A stretch of 63,882 nt of DNA, from NCBI RefSeq assembly GCF_016433145.1, contig NC_058132.1, forward strand, positions 132,867,805 through 132,931,686, written 5' to 3'. A program made the position numbers and the translations under genes. The notes below the pieces were generated by a model, which worked only from the letters and a program-made list of their open reading frames with translations, did not search any database and was not told the origin of the DNA. This document shows positions 62,901 through 63,882 of this stretch, in pieces. This stretch comes from Gracilinanus agilis (taxonomy: Eukaryota). Each line of letters starts with the position of its first letter. Within the stretch, counting starts at the first letter, position 1.

Positions 62901-63641
62901 TTAAAGGCCATTTATTCCTGAAAGCCACTTCTATGCATGAAACACAGAAGTACCTAGCTCCGTGAGAGGCCCTACAGAAATCCAAGGATAAACCTTCCCC
63001 CTTCTGAACAAATGACTTTCTGTCACAATGTACAATTTCGCTGGCAATTTTGCCAGCAATTATAGCTCCTAATTCAAGTTAATGTGCCAAAAACAGAATC
63101 TGTGCTTTTTCAAGTTCAGCAGGATCTATAGCCCACAGAGGCCTTGCACAATATGGACCTGTTGCTGGCAAGAGCGAGAGTATTTATAATTTATTTAGGT
63201 GAGTATAGTACAAAGAATAGGAGGATTAAAAGCCTGGCAGGAGCTGAAGAACTAGCTACATAAAGTCCAAGTCCTTAAAAATGCCTTTTTGTTCAAGCAT
63301 TGGGAGATAATTTGTGAGGGTTTTTGTGGGGGGAGGTGGGGGTTGTTGTTTGTTTGTTTGTTTGTTTTTGCTTTAGTGGGATTTCTTTGAGCTTTCTTGG
63401 TACCAAATTTCTAAATCTGTGTTCCATTTGGCCCATGCCTCGGAGGGTGGGCAAGAAGATGGTTGGTATTTTAGTGACCTTTATATTCCACTATAAAGTA
63501 ATTTAATATTCAGGAAAGCTTCCTGAAATTAACCTTGGCCAAACCAAATAAATCTGGATGCAGAAAAGAGGAGGGTTATATGGTATGTGGATCCCCTGAT
63601 TTAAGTTGAAAACATAAATTATATTAAAAATGAATACTTTT

Positions 63642-63854
63642 GGGGACAGCTGGGTGGATCAGTGGATTGAAAGCCAAGCCCAGAGATGGAAGTTCTTGGG
63701 TTCAAATATGACCTCAGATACTTCCTAGCTCTGTGACCTACGGCAAGTCACTTAACCTCCATTGCCTAGCCCTTGCCATTCTTCTACCTTAGAACCAATG
63801 CACAGTATTGATTCTAAGACAGAAGGTAAGGATTTTAAAAAATAAAATAAAATA
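63642..63854 (+). mobile_element. SINE1_Mdo-type SINE
   Basis: Full consensus; TSD aatgaatacttt. Confidence 0.95.
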
Positions 63855-63882
63855 ATGAATACTTTCCCTGGGTTAAAAAATA

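Noticed and set aside
63040-63057. NFI palindrome
   Set aside because: The spacer is one base longer than TTGGC-N5-GCCAA.
1-63882. tRNA-like A/B boxes, CRISPR-like repeats, known miRNA or snRNA genes
   Set aside because: The A/B boxes all belong to tRNA-derived SINE heads. There are no spaced direct-repeat arrays, and I recognised no known RNA gene sequence.

Overview
AT-rich, CpG-depleted, repeat-dominated DNA from a didelphid marsupial, most likely the opossum Monodelphis. The assignment rests on many SINE1_Mdo-type and MAR1 CORE-SINEs, marsupial L1 3' ends, long L2 elements, CR1/L3, RTE remnants, solo LTRs and several non-autonomous hAT elements with 8-bp TSDs. I cannot identify any protein-coding gene. 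The supplied ORFs are mostly L1/L2 fragments or chance frames, so the window looks intergenic or deep intronic. The most unusual structure is a 344-bp insertion (1059-1402) inside a SINE. It has 54-bp near-perfect inverted ends, a CpG-decayed 8-bp target duplication, and a cargo copied from 1.26 kb downstream, like a Pack-type element caught capturing local DNA. Other points of interest are a fully palindromic four-TIR hAT MITE, a hAT MITE carrying a consensus CTCF core, a second local L2 duplication, an octamer/ETS/homeobox motif cluster, an RFX X-box next to a CTCF-like site, a CpG-retaining island with inverted MYB sites, some well-formed candidate exons, and three unexplained coding-like segments. 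Family names come from recall of consensus sequences, not from a database search. Boundaries without a TSD are approximate.
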